Shown piece after piece: positions 1 through 8,632 of a DNA stretch of 64,000 nt (positions are counted from its first letter, which is position 1; every line of letters begins with the position of its first letter). The notes beneath the pieces are model-generated. The model was given only the letters and a program-made list of their open reading frames with translations. It did not search any database and was not told where the DNA came from. Both the position numbers and the translations under genes were made by a program. This stretch comes from a virus: positions 1 to 64,000 of IMG/VR virus record IMGVR_UViG_3300044680_000048. The stretch is one strand, 5' to 3'.

Positions 1-127
1 AGTACATATTTAAACACTTTGGAAAGAATAAATAATGAACCTTAGGGAAAGAATAGAAGAAATTATTGCCGGAATATGGATAACACTTGAGTACATATTT
101 AAACACTTTGGAAAGAATAAATAATGA
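1..127 (+). repeat. 38-bp perfect direct repeat, copies 1-38 and 90-127 (period 89 bp)
   Basis: AGTACATATTTAAACACTTTGGAAAGAATAAATAATGA read at both positions; each copy spans a stop/start junction (..EYIFKHFGKNK, TAA overlapping ATG). Confidence 0.95.
35..124 (+). CDS. hypothetical small protein (29 aa); C-terminal 11 aa encoded by the repeat
   Basis: ATG 35, TAA 122-124, TAATG overlaps at both ends; below ORF-track cutoff. Confidence 0.3.
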   Translation: MNLRERIEEIIAGIWITLEYIFKHFGKNK

Positions 128-450
128 GCATTATAATTGATGAAGAAAGAATATTAAAGGACGTTCCGGAAAGGCTTAAGGCTGCTTTTGAGAAAAAGGA
201 AATGACTCCAGTAATACTTTCCCAAGGAGCTAGTCTTAATTTTAGACTTGATCTTTTCTATGATGTAATGGGGGAAGTTCAGGACCCAGATATTAGTTTC
301 AAGACTTATGATGATATCTTGGCTGCCAAAGTTGGTAGTAATGCAATATTGCCGTTTGATGGATCAGCTTTCCAATACGTTAAAGATTTAGAAAAAAGAG
401 TCTGGGAATTAGAATTCCAACTTCATATGCAGGAGGTTAGTGAGTTTTGA
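124..450 (+). CDS. hypothetical protein (108 aa)
   Basis: ORF track; ATG overlaps upstream stop (TAATG); first of a tightly packed co-directional array. Confidence 0.65.
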   Translation: MSIIIDEERILKDVPERLKAAFEKKEMTPVILSQGASLNFRLDLFYDVMGEVQDPDISFKTYDDILAAKVGSNAILPFDGSAFQYVKDLEKRVWELEFQLHMQEVSEF

Positions 451-1229
451 GTAAACAATTAGCAATAGTATCTCCCGTGGCGGATTTAAAGATATATTCC
501 AAAGACCTTCTTATAAATCTTCTAAATTCAATAGTTGAGGGGAAGACCTATGAAATTGCCGAAGTTATAATCTGCTTTGATGGGTGTCAAGAGAATTTCA
601 TAGATTTCTTTAGAGAGAAATTCCCGTTTATCCAAGCTATTGTCAATCCGGGAAAAAGACTAAACTTCTCTAAGAATAGTAATTTAGGGTTAAGATATGC
701 CCATAAAGAATTAAGGCTTCCGGTTCTCTTAGTTAATCAGGACTGTATTCTTCCGGCAAAAGAGCATATAGAAAAGCTTATAAACCCACCGGAAGTAGGA
801 ATAGTTACTCCTGAGACTACTACTCAAGTAGATGACCTCTTGAATAATAAAGAGGTAATCTTTACGGAAACTCAAGGATTATTTGCCTTTTATTGTCCCT
901 TTATCCCTCTAGAAGTAATGGATGAGATTGGATACATAGATCCAGGGTCTATAGCCTTCAGCGATGATAATTATTTAGTTAGAGCCTATCTTGCCGGATT
1001 CAAGGGTTATATCTGCAATATCAAGATACATCATGCCGGAAGCCATGTAGATCAGAATCAAATTGGTAGTAGCCTTTGTGGTTCTTATACAGGAGACCGG
1101 TTAAATATAGACCACCAAAGATTCTGTACTCAATGGCAGATAGACCCAAATAAAGTAGTCCATAAGGAGTATATCGCCCATATCCTAAAGAACTTTAAAT
1201 GGAATAAGGAGTTAATGTATGTCCATTAA
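447..1229 (+). CDS. glycosyltransferase-like protein (GT-A/GT2-like, tentative)
   Basis: 260-aa ORF, TTG start overlapping upstream TGA, AGGAGG 11 nt upstream; N-terminal beta-alpha-beta-like IVSPV..., acidic SDDNY motif; family call by eye only. Confidence 0.5.
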   Translation: MSKQLAIVSPVADLKIYSKDLLINLLNSIVEGKTYEIAEVIICFDGCQENFIDFFREKFPFIQAIVNPGKRLNFSKNSNLGLRYAHKELRLPVLLVNQDCILPAKEHIEKLINPPEVGIVTPETTTQVDDLLNNKEVIFTETQGLFAFYCPFIPLEVMDEIGYIDPGSIAFSDDNYLVRAYLAGFKGYICNIKIHHAGSHVDQNQIGSSLCGSYTGDRLNIDHQRFCTQWQIDPNKVVHKEYIAHILKNFKWNKELMYVH

Positions 1230-1506
1230 GATGGAATTTATTAAGGAGTTAGATAGTCTTCGGGCAGACGCTTACAATAAAGGACAAGTCTATTACAACA
1301 ATGACCACTATGTAGGGCATGAAGAAGAAGTCTATGAATGGGAAGAGTTCTATGAAAAATCTTACCAAGAAGATTATCAGAAATTTATTGACAAGTACAC
1401 TGGTGGAGAATACACCTTAGTTAAGACAGAGAAGTTAGAGATTCTCCATCGTTTAAATGTTGAGGGAATTGACTGTTCTTCCATTATCGCAGATTTGGAG
1501 AGTTAA
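1219..1506 (+). CDS. hypothetical protein (95 aa)
   Basis: ORF track; AAGGAG 7 nt upstream of ATG. Confidence 0.65.
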   Translation: MSIKMEFIKELDSLRADAYNKGQVYYNNDHYVGHEEEVYEWEEFYEKSYQEDYQKFIDKYTGGEYTLVKTEKLEILHRLNVEGIDCSSIIADLES

Positions 1507-1507
1507 G

Positions 1508-2074
1508 GTGACTTGTATTATAGGCTGGGGAGATGGGGATAGAGTAGTAATAGGTGGAGATTCTGCCGGAGTTTCTGGTTATGATGTTACTATCATGAAT
1601 AATCCTAAAGTGTTCAAATTAGGACCTTATGTTATTGGGTTTACTACATCCTTTCGAATGGGTCAATTATTACAGTATAACCTTTACCCTCCTGATCATC
1701 CAGAAAGTCAAAATGATATTGAACATTTAGTTAAAAACTTTATACCCGCTTTGAGGTCTTGTCTCAAAGAGCATGGATTCAGTAAGATAGATAATAATGA
1801 AGAATCCGGCGGAAGATTCATAGTAGGGTATAAGGGAAGAATCTATACCATTGAATCAGACTTTATGGTAGGAATCCCTTCTAAGGGTTATGATTCAGTA
1901 GGTTGCGGCTACAATGTGGCTTTAGGAGCTATGGATGCCCTACTAATCCCCTACTCAGAAGAATTTCAGGGATATGAAATTTTAAGAATTATGAGATTAT
2001 CCTTAGATATCGCAGCTGAACGTTCAGGAGGAGTAGCTCCTCCTTATGTATTTGAGGAGATGGTTAATGATTAA
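1508..2074 (+). CDS. HslV/proteasome-beta-like Ntn hydrolase (Thr-1 peptidase family)
   Basis: GTG at 1508, 2 nt after upstream stop, GGAG 8 nt upstream, gives M-TCIIGWGDGDRVVIGGDSAG.. (Thr at position 2). HslV-like blocks are present: VVIGGDS, KVFKL..VIGF, SVGCGYNVALGA, SLDIAAE. The track's ATG at 1457 would bury the nucleophile. Confidence 0.7.
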   Translation: MTCIIGWGDGDRVVIGGDSAGVSGYDVTIMNNPKVFKLGPYVIGFTTSFRMGQLLQYNLYPPDHPESQNDIEHLVKNFIPALRSCLKEHGFSKIDNNEESGGRFIVGYKGRIYTIESDFMVGIPSKGYDSVGCGYNVALGAMDALLIPYSEEFQGYEILRIMRLSLDIAAERSGGVAPPYVFEEMVND

Positions 2075-2240
2075 ATGGGAATATAAAACTTCCGCCTTGA
2101 CTGCTACGGAGCTTAATAAAGAAGGGCTTGCCGGATGGGAGTTAGTTTGCTGTACCAGCATGAACTATGTATTTAAGAGGGCTTTACTGGATGACGCTCC
2201 CTTTAGAAGGTTAACTACATTAGACGGGAATGAGTATTAA
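2067..2240 (+). CDS. DUF4177-like small protein
   Basis: MIKWEYK...GLAGWELV...VFKR signature; GAGGAG 7-8 nt upstream of ATG 2067. Confidence 0.65.
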   Translation: MIKWEYKTSALTATELNKEGLAGWELVCCTSMNYVFKRALLDDAPFRRLTTLDGNEY

Positions 2241-2458
2241 TGAGAATTATTGTGTACCACTCAGGATATGGTTGTGATACAGGTTGTTGTGGACATTGTG
2301 TAGAAATGCTTGATGGTGATAAAACAATTAAGGAAAAATTCTCCTTTGACCACACATATGGAGATGTTAGTAGTTTAGAACAAAAGAAAGACTTTGCCCG
2401 CAAGCTTATTAAAGAGGAGTTTGGGGAAGGCCATGTTAAGGATGAAATATCCAGATAG
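2240..2458 (+). CDS. hypothetical Cys-rich protein (72 aa)
   Basis: ORF track; TAATG overlap with upstream gene. Confidence 0.6.
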   Translation: MRIIVYHSGYGCDTGCCGHCVEMLDGDKTIKEKFSFDHTYGDVSSLEQKKDFARKLIKEEFGEGHVKDEISR

Positions 2459-2464
2459 TTTGTG

Positions 2465-2493
2465 TTGACACTTAGGTAAATTTAATATATAAT
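2465..2493 (+). promoter_or_regulatory. consensus sigma70-type promoter (TTGACA-17-TATAAT)
   Basis: TTGACA 2465-2470, 17-nt spacer, TATAAT 2488-2493, 30 nt upstream of ATG 2523. Confidence 0.75.
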
Positions 2494-2522
2494 GTGGAGA
2501 GTAACCTTACGGGAACTTATTT

Positions 2523-3839
2523 ATGAAAAAGTACTTAGCCTTATCTTTGAGTTTATTACTATATCTTCCGGCAATGGCGGATTCATTTGATTCCCTCAAT
2601 GTTGAACAAACTCAACTCTTTAATAAAGTAATGTCTGGAAGTGCTTCTAACACAGAAGTAGCTAGATTTCAGGAAGTTACTGCCCAAATTAAGAGAATGC
2701 AGGAAGAGCAGTTTAATAGTACCATCCAGCAAAGGAAGATGTTAGATGAAAACATGCGGAGAATCCAAGCTCAGAACGAGAGTATTAAAAATAGCCTCTT
2801 CGGTGGTAACCCTGTTAACAATATCAATAATATTGGTGGACCTGTTCCTGCTGTATCAGCCCCAGTTTCAGAAATTCCGGATAGTATTATGTCTAGCCCT
2901 ATATCTAGCCCAGATTCTAGTGTCCCTTTATCTATCAATACTGCTTCTGCCTCTAATGATAAAAGACTGAGTGGGAATATTTCCCGAATGTCTTATAAAT
3001 CTGATGACTTTCTGGATTTAGCTTTGGGAAAAAACCAAGATTACTTAGCCACTAAAGCCCAAGTAGAGTATTACGGTAAGCCAGTACAAAAGTTTGTAGC
3101 TTCCGCCAAAGATAATTTTAATTATTTGATTCCTTATAGAGGGTTTGAACCTTCCGCAGAGATGGGAAGGGCAATCTTAGATGAAGAACAAAAAGTAAAG
3201 AGTCTTGGAGCAGCCCTATATAAACAACAGTTAATTATTGACCAAGCCCACTTACAGATACAGATTGCTGTAATGCAAATGGCTCAGGAGGGTGGAGTAA
3301 AGAACGGTAAGGGATTTGTTTCCCTTAAGTCCCTAATTGGAGAAGAGGCGGCAATAAGAGTTAATCAATCCCTTATGGATTCAGATATTGACATTAAGGC
3401 AGATATCTGGGATATTAATACTATGCAAGAGAAACGGCAAATAATAATGAAGGCGGCAATAGATAAAGATCCTTCCATCCAAGAGATTGTAGATAGCCTC
3501 CACGGGTACACAAAGAAGGGAACTGCTTCTAAGATTATTATGCCCACTCTAGGAGCTATCTCAATGGTTCCAGTAATGGGAATAGGAGTTATGGCAAGAG
3601 GTGCTCTTGCAACATATATAATTGCTGCGGGCGGAACAAATGAAAAGAAGATGCTGGATGAATGTTATTTAGGTCAACGGTTAGAGTCTAGAATGACTTT
3701 AATAGCTCAAGAGTCTACTCTAGCCCTGGAAGCTCTTCAGATAGCTAAAGCCAAGAATAATCCAGTACTTGCTGCTGCTGCTGCTTCATTGATTGAACAA
3801 ATGTCTTCACCGGAAATAGTTAAACAGGTTTTACAATAA
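2523..3839 (+). CDS. secreted/membrane-associated protein (438 aa), function unknown
   Basis: N-terminal signal peptide MKKYLALSLSLLLYLPAMA/D; hydrophobic segment IIMPTLGAISMVPVMGIGVMARGALATYIIAAGG near the C-terminus. Confidence 0.75.
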   Translation: MKKYLALSLSLLLYLPAMADSFDSLNVEQTQLFNKVMSGSASNTEVARFQEVTAQIKRMQEEQFNSTIQQRKMLDENMRRIQAQNESIKNSLFGGNPVNNINNIGGPVPAVSAPVSEIPDSIMSSPISSPDSSVPLSINTASASNDKRLSGNISRMSYKSDDFLDLALGKNQDYLATKAQVEYYGKPVQKFVASAKDNFNYLIPYRGFEPSAEMGRAILDEEQKVKSLGAALYKQQLIIDQAHLQIQIAVMQMAQEGGVKNGKGFVSLKSLIGEEAAIRVNQSLMDSDIDIKADIWDINTMQEKRQIIMKAAIDKDPSIQEIVDSLHGYTKKGTASKIIMPTLGAISMVPVMGIGVMARGALATYIIAAGGTNEKKMLDECYLGQRLESRMTLIAQESTLALEALQIAKAKNNPVLAAAAASLIEQMSSPEIVKQVLQ

Positions 3840-4222
3840 TGAAGAAATCATGTAATGTAGAAAATATGACCAAACTTGTAGAAGCCCTAGAGTCTGGTAA
3901 TTACAAACAAACAACGGGAACCTTATGTAATGGAGAGTCTTTCTGCTGTTTGGGAGTAGCTACTGACCTATACGGTAAAGAGAAAACATACAACTGGGAG
4001 ACTTATTCTTCAGGGGGCTCTCGATTATTCAGAAACTTAAAAACCAATACAGACCTTATTGAAACGAATGTACTTCTCCCAGAAGTACAAGACTGGTTGG
4101 GGATAGACCAAGAAAATCCAGAACTATACTTTGAAGATGGGTGGATACAGGCTGCTACTTTAAATGATGAGGGGCTATCTTTTAAAGAGATAGCAAAGGC
4201 TTTCCGGGAGACTTATCTATAA
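3839..4222 (+). CDS. hypothetical protein (127 aa), GxxFCCLG motif family
   Basis: ORF track; TAATG coupling; motif shared with 5400..5786 and 5779..5958. Confidence 0.65.
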   Translation: MKKSCNVENMTKLVEALESGNYKQTTGTLCNGESFCCLGVATDLYGKEKTYNWETYSSGGSRLFRNLKTNTDLIETNVLLPEVQDWLGIDQENPELYFEDGWIQAATLNDEGLSFKEIAKAFRETYL

Positions 4223-4413
4223 TGGCTTGTGGATTCCATACCGTTCCCTCTAACAGTTGTACAAAATGTTTGCGGGAAATCATTGAAGATCAAGGTAAGA
4301 TCATAAATACCATGTATGACCGGCGGGAAGTCCTAGAACACAGATTCCCGTATCTTATACCAGAATTTATTAGATTAGAAGACGAAATACCACTAATGAG
4401 GAACTTGAAATGA
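4222..4413 (+). CDS. hypothetical protein (63 aa)
   Basis: ORF track; TAATG coupling. Confidence 0.6.
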   Translation: MACGFHTVPSNSCTKCLREIIEDQGKIINTMYDRREVLEHRFPYLIPEFIRLEDEIPLMRNLK

Positions 4414-4529
4414 AAGGGGCTGCTGCTGCTGCTAATGCTGCTGCTAGAGATAAAGAAAGGGAATGGCAAATCAATACATTAATAGACCTGATACAAGGAG
4501 TTCCGGAACATTGCAAATCCTTGAAGTAA
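4410..4529 (+). CDS. small Ala-rich protein (39 aa), paralog of the 10945 and 12055 C-terminal module
   Basis: ATGA coupling to upstream ORF; MKGAAAAANAAARDKEREWQINTLIDLIQGVPE aligns with ..AAADARDKVLSDFAEDVVQTLIKLKTPG.. (10945) ; below track cutoff; overlaps 4463 ORF. Confidence 0.4.
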   Translation: MKGAAAAANAAARDKEREWQINTLIDLIQGVPEHCKSLK

Positions 4530-5407
4530 CTTCTACCTTAATGAAGAGTAACGGTCTTGCCGTTCATCTTCAATCAAAAGTTGATAATGGGTATGCCCAA
4601 GAGAATACTCATCTAGTCTATGATGACTATTGCGGGAAGAGGTATATAGTTAACCGGAAACTCAATCCCGATAACCCTTGTTGGAAAGGTTTGCCGGAAG
4701 ACCTAGAAGAATTTGAAATGCCTTCCGCCCAAGAGGTAGTAGAACAATTTAAACCTCTATTCAAAGACCTTAAGCTAGTATTCCACAAGACTACACCTAG
4801 ACAAGGAATATCTAAAGCTAAGAATGTAGGTCTTCTTTATGCTGTAGAGAACAACTTTGATAGAGTAATGCTCTGGGATGATGATATTGAATTAATCAAG
4901 CCAGGACTCTATGAAGAATTAGAAGAGATTTCGGAAAAGAATAGAGGGCTTCCCCACATTACTGGAGTCTGGACAGAGGATAAAGCCTTTGAGAAACAGC
5001 AAACTCAAGGAGGAACTTGGACTGATAACTTTCCCGTAGAGGCGGAAGGGTATGGTATAACATGGCATGGCGGAAGCCATGGATGTGCTTCTTGGTTTAA
5101 GGTTGACTTAATCAAAGAAGTAGGCTACTATCCGCTGATGTCCGATCTTTACGGATTCGAGCATTCCCTAATGACTGCCCGCTGTATGAAATATATAGGA
5201 TTAACTCCTAGATGGCATCCACAGCATAAAACTTCTTATCGGTATTACATCGGGCAAAAACAGCCCATCCCAAATAATTATTTTGATACGGGTGAATCAA
5301 TTAAGAAAAATGATATTGACTATAACCGCCTCTTTCCTTTAATATGGCAGGGACGGGAAGTTATTAATAAGAATCACGGAATTAACTGGAAGGAGTATAA
5401 TGACTAA
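4463..5407 (+). CDS. glycosyltransferase-like protein (start uncertain: 4463 or 4541)
   Basis: 314-aa ORF; ISKAKNVGLLYAV..DRVMLWDDDIEL resembles the GT-A nucleotide-binding/DxD region; by-eye call. Confidence 0.55.
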   Translation: MANQYINRPDTRSSGTLQILEVTSTLMKSNGLAVHLQSKVDNGYAQENTHLVYDDYCGKRYIVNRKLNPDNPCWKGLPEDLEEFEMPSAQEVVEQFKPLFKDLKLVFHKTTPRQGISKAKNVGLLYAVENNFDRVMLWDDDIELIKPGLYEELEEISEKNRGLPHITGVWTEDKAFEKQQTQGGTWTDNFPVEAEGYGITWHGGSHGCASWFKVDLIKEVGYYPLMSDLYGFEHSLMTARCMKYIGLTPRWHPQHKTSYRYYIGQKQPIPNNYFDTGESIKKNDIDYNRLFPLIWQGREVINKNHGINWKEYND

Positions 5408-5786
5408 GAAAATAACACATGAAGAATTGAAAGCGGTTTGGAACCTGCCTGGATGTAATTGGAAACCTCATAATGGTGAAGGAGGGTTTTGTGCAGCAGG
5501 CAAACTGTGGCTTCTAGGAGTCAGCTTCTCGGATTTAAGCTCTCAAAAGCGACTTTCTATTTATAACCTGAATAATCAAGGAATCTACAGTGACAAACTT
5601 GAAGATTATGGAACTCCCTGCGGGAGTAGTTCATATGGTCCAGATAATCCAAAAGAGTGGAATAAACATGAAGCTGCCTTTAAACTTGCCCTCCAATACG
5701 CTATAGAAGAAGGTGTTATTGAGATAGAAGATGAAACAGCTAAAGAGTTTGGTTTATTGAATAAAGAGGTGCCGGTTAATGTATAA
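5400..5786 (+). CDS. hypothetical protein (128 aa), GGFCAAGK motif family
   Basis: ORF track; AAGGAG upstream of ATG. Confidence 0.65.
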   Translation: MTKKITHEELKAVWNLPGCNWKPHNGEGGFCAAGKLWLLGVSFSDLSSQKRLSIYNLNNQGIYSDKLEDYGTPCGSSSYGPDNPKEWNKHEAAFKLALQYAIEEGVIEIEDETAKEFGLLNKEVPVNV

Positions 5787-5958
5787 AATAAACTTAGATT
5801 TAGTGTGGAACCTTCTCCGAGGTACAGTAACCCTATCTAACACTGATGGAGAACATTGTGCTATTGGTAAAATCTGTGCCGGAATCAAAGGGAAACCCCT
5901 TGAAGGTAAAAACTATGATAGTCTTCCGGCAAAGGTAGAAGAAAAATGCAGGAGTTAG
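5779..5958 (+). CDS. hypothetical protein (59 aa), GEHCAIGK motif family
   Basis: ATG 5779, TAG 5956-5958; just below track cutoff; overlaps both neighbours by a few codons. Confidence 0.4.
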   Translation: MYKINLDLVWNLLRGTVTLSNTDGEHCAIGKICAGIKGKPLEGKNYDSLPAKVEEKCRS

Positions 5959-6359
5959 TCGGTAAGAAGGTCTTAGCAGTTAACTTTGACCATGAAGAAC
6001 ATCACTTTATCCAATTTAAAACAGAGGAAGGTAATTTCCTTTATTACACTTATGGAGAGTGCTGTTCCCATTCCTATTTTACAGATATTAATGGTGTTTC
6101 TTCCCTTATTGGGCATATCGTTATTTCTGTGGATAAAGTAGTATTGCCGGTTGTTATTGATAATGAAGAAGATATGGAGCATATACAAGCTTATGGGTAT
6201 AATATGAAGACCACCGGCGGTTATGTTAATTTTGTCTTCCATAATGAATCTAATGGCTACTATGGAGGGAGTTTGGATCTAGTTGAGAATTTAGAGGATT
6301 GGGAAATCAAACATGAATGTAATTCCCTAAAGCCCTTAATAGAGGACTTTTCACAATGA
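5946..6359 (+). CDS. hypothetical protein (137 aa)
   Basis: ORF track. Confidence 0.65.
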   Translation: MQELVGKKVLAVNFDHEEHHFIQFKTEEGNFLYYTYGECCSHSYFTDINGVSSLIGHIVISVDKVVLPVVIDNEEDMEHIQAYGYNMKTTGGYVNFVFHNESNGYYGGSLDLVENLEDWEIKHECNSLKPLIEDFSQ

Positions 6360-6610
6360 AGAATAGAGAAAGAAGTCTTCTATGGCTTGCTGTTATTGCT
6401 TCTTGGACTGTTTCTATTTCTTACGCTCAGTCTGTTTCAGATATTAAGGAAGGGGAAATTAAACTTCTCCGGCACACTATTGATTTATATATTGATGGAA
6501 TAGTTAGAGCAGCAAGACTCTCTGAAATTAAGGTCTATCCAGAGGGTATTGATAATGAAGATATTCCCGAATACTTAGTTCGAACATTAAAGAAACAGAT
6601 AAAGAAATGA
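6356..6610 (+). CDS. small exported/membrane protein (84 aa)
   Basis: ATGA coupling; N-terminal hydrophobic LLWLAVIASWTVSISYAQS. Confidence 0.6.
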   Translation: MKNRERSLLWLAVIASWTVSISYAQSVSDIKEGEIKLLRHTIDLYIDGIVRAARLSEIKVYPEGIDNEDIPEYLVRTLKKQIKK

Positions 6611-6713
6611 AGATAAAGAAAGCCAAATTGCGGAAGATTGAGGTATCCCGCGGTACTTGACTTATCCGTTACATGTAGTATGGTAGAGTTACCACTTAAA
6701 TGGAGTAAAGGCA

Positions 6714-7043
6714 TTGGAAAACAACATAACAGTCCTCATCTATGAAGACTCATTAGAAGACTTGATAGAGGTTGAGGTTTCTCCAGGAGTCTTTAAAAGC
6801 CTTTGTACCATAACTAAGATAGCTAAGATGCCCTTCAGCCACTTTGCTAAAACCGTAGCTCAGTACCAGGGCAGAACGGAAGCTGAATCTTATATGACCT
6901 ATGCTACTAGGGGCTTAGGGGAAGAACTGGATGATAATTTCCCCTGTTTCTCCCATAGAGTAGAAGTTGAGACTGTTTCAATTTGTTTACCTAACATCAG
7001 AGTTCAGCGGGAACTCTTGACTTTGAAATTCGACAGTGTATGA
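6714..7043 (+). CDS. hypothetical protein (109 aa), TTG start
   Basis: ORF track; GGAG 8 nt upstream; TTGACT..TATGGT promoter-like sequence at 6657-6684. Confidence 0.55.
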   Translation: MENNITVLIYEDSLEDLIEVEVSPGVFKSLCTITKIAKMPFSHFAKTVAQYQGRTEAESYMTYATRGLGEELDDNFPCFSHRVEVETVSICLPNIRVQRELLTLKFDSV

Positions 7044-7072
7044 TATGAATTACAAAACGGATGGGAGGCATT

Positions 7073-7273
7073 ATGGATGTCATACAAATTAAAGATGTAA
7101 ATAAGTTCGAATTTATGAATAAACTACTGAGGAAACCTAAAAATGAAAACCCTAATACACAAAAGAAAGATGATCGGAACCAAACAATCCAAAAGTTACA
7201 AACCTATGAAGGAACAACTCCAAGAAGTAGAAGCTTCTATCGAGCAAATGCTTTGGAACAGACTGGAAGTTAA
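7073..7273 (+). CDS. hypothetical basic protein (66 aa)
   Basis: GGGAGG 4 nt upstream of ATG 7073; C-terminal third overlaps the next ORF in another frame. Confidence 0.4.
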   Translation: MDVIQIKDVNKFEFMNKLLRKPKNENPNTQKKDDRNQTIQKLQTYEGTTPRSRSFYRANALEQTGS

Positions 7274-7496
7274 AAAAGAACAATTCTTAAGTAATCTTCT
7301 TAGGTTAACAGAACAACTTAAAGTAGGTACAGCCCATGAAGAGCATAAGGCTCAGTTGGAGATTGAAGGAAAGATTCCCGAAAACGAATCTCACCCTGTG
7401 GGTTCCCGCATGATTATCTGCGGGCAAGAAATTGAGGAAATGGGCAAACGTTGGCAGGTTGCCGGAAGGGCTCTAGAGAAACACAAGAGGGATTAA
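7143..7496 (+). CDS. hypothetical coiled-coil protein (start uncertain, 7143 or 7206)
   Basis: ORF track; helical, heptad-like sequence from MKEQLQEVEASIEQ. Confidence 0.5.
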   Translation: MKTLIHKRKMIGTKQSKSYKPMKEQLQEVEASIEQMLWNRLEVKKEQFLSNLLRLTEQLKVGTAHEEHKAQLEIEGKIPENESHPVGSRMIICGQEIEEMGKRWQVAGRALEKHKRD

Positions 7497-7533
7497 TCCC
7501 CCTCTTTCCCCCCTAAAATGGAGAATTAGAAAA

Positions 7534-7740
7534 ATGGAAATCTGTAAAGCTTGTAATAAAGAAGTAAAGGAACTGTGGAAAGTAGGTTTTGGGATTACCG
7601 GCTATTCCGTCCAGTGTTGTCTATCTTGTAATCTAGACCACAAGAATCTTAAAAATCTGCCGAGAACTTATACCCAACCAGTATCTATTAACTACTTAGA
7701 GAGTTGGGAAGAGCATCAAAAGCTCCATTCTAGGAAATAA
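7534..7740 (+). CDS. zinc-ribbon-like small protein (68 aa)
   Basis: CxxC...CxxC pattern (CKAC..CLSC); GGAGAA upstream. Confidence 0.6.
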   Translation: MEICKACNKEVKELWKVGFGITGYSVQCCLSCNLDHKNLKNLPRTYTQPVSINYLESWEEHQKLHSRK

Positions 7741-7741
7741 A

Positions 7742-8104
7742 ATGGGAACTAATTTTTACTTAGTTAAAAGATGCTCTTGCGGGGAAGCAATAGTGGGAGA
7801 TAAGATCCACTTAGGTAAATCCTCTGCCGGATGGAGTTTTTCATTCCGTGGCTATAGAGGTCCATACAATCCCTATCAAGTTGAGAATATCCAAGAGTGG
7901 AAAGACCTTATAGAGCAGAACTGCTATGAACTAGAAGATGAAAACGGAAATAAGTGGGACATTGATGAATTCTATAAGATCTCCATCGGGAAAGCTCAAA
8001 AAATGATTGACAACGGGAAAATTCCCCGCTATCATGCAAAGGAATTTTGGGAAGATTCTCAAATGATAGACGGGCACTCCTTCAGTTTCGGAGAATTCAG
8101 CTAA
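7742..8104 (+). CDS. hypothetical protein (120 aa)
   Basis: ORF track; AGGAAA upstream. Confidence 0.65.
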   Translation: MGTNFYLVKRCSCGEAIVGDKIHLGKSSAGWSFSFRGYRGPYNPYQVENIQEWKDLIEQNCYELEDENGNKWDIDEFYKISIGKAQKMIDNGKIPRYHAKEFWEDSQMIDGHSFSFGEFS

Positions 8105-8319
8105 TGGTAATGATGAAGATGTCTAGCTCAGCTATATTAAGTATTGATTTTGATCCTTTACAGAATCATCTTGATGTTTTATATAAAAATGAAAGTCTTT
8201 ACCGGTATTATGATATCCCACCGGAAATAGTAGAAGCATTAAACCAAGCAACCAGCAAAGGAAGATTCATTAATGAAACAATTAAGCCAAACTACAGATG
8301 CCAGAGGATTTACAGGTGA
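8104..8319 (+). CDS. KTSC domain protein
   Basis: SSAILSIDFDP..LDVLYKNESLYRYYDIPPEIVEALNQATSKGRFINETIK matches the KTSC signature; ATG 8104 overlaps the upstream TAA. Confidence 0.7.
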   Translation: MVMMKMSSSAILSIDFDPLQNHLDVLYKNESLYRYYDIPPEIVEALNQATSKGRFINETIKPNYRCQRIYR

Positions 8320-8413
8320 TAAATTAATCTGTATTTTCCTTTGGTCCCTCTTGCTTATTCCGTTCCTTGTGTTATCTTTTTTAGGTGGCTGTTTTTCAAT
8401 CTTGAGGCTTTAA

Positions 8414-8632
8414 ATGGATCACCTTCCGCCATATTGGGCATTATTGGACACTAAGAAACCCCTGGTACTTCAAGAACACTTCCAGCAGTGGCAATACTTA
8501 CCTTGCATCTACTGCGACGGGAAGGGAACTTGGAACAAAACAAACGATCCGCAAGAAGAAGAATTCTGCATTAAGTGTGACTCATCAGGTGTTTTAAGAG
8601 AAAGGAGATTTAGCTTATGTTCGAAAACCTAG
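8414..8632 (+). CDS. DnaJ-type CxxCxGxG zinc-finger small protein
   Basis: CIYCDGKG and CIKCDSSG motifs. Confidence 0.55.
   Translation: MDHLPPYWALLDTKKPLVLQEHFQQWQYLPCIYCDGKGTWNKTNDPQEEEFCIKCDSSGVLRERRFSLCSKT

Noticed and set aside
1457-1507. ATG 1457 as the start of the Ntn-hydrolase ORF
   Set aside because: It overlaps the upstream gene by 50 nt and would bury the catalytic Thr. GTG 1508 has a GGAG RBS and gives Met-Thr.
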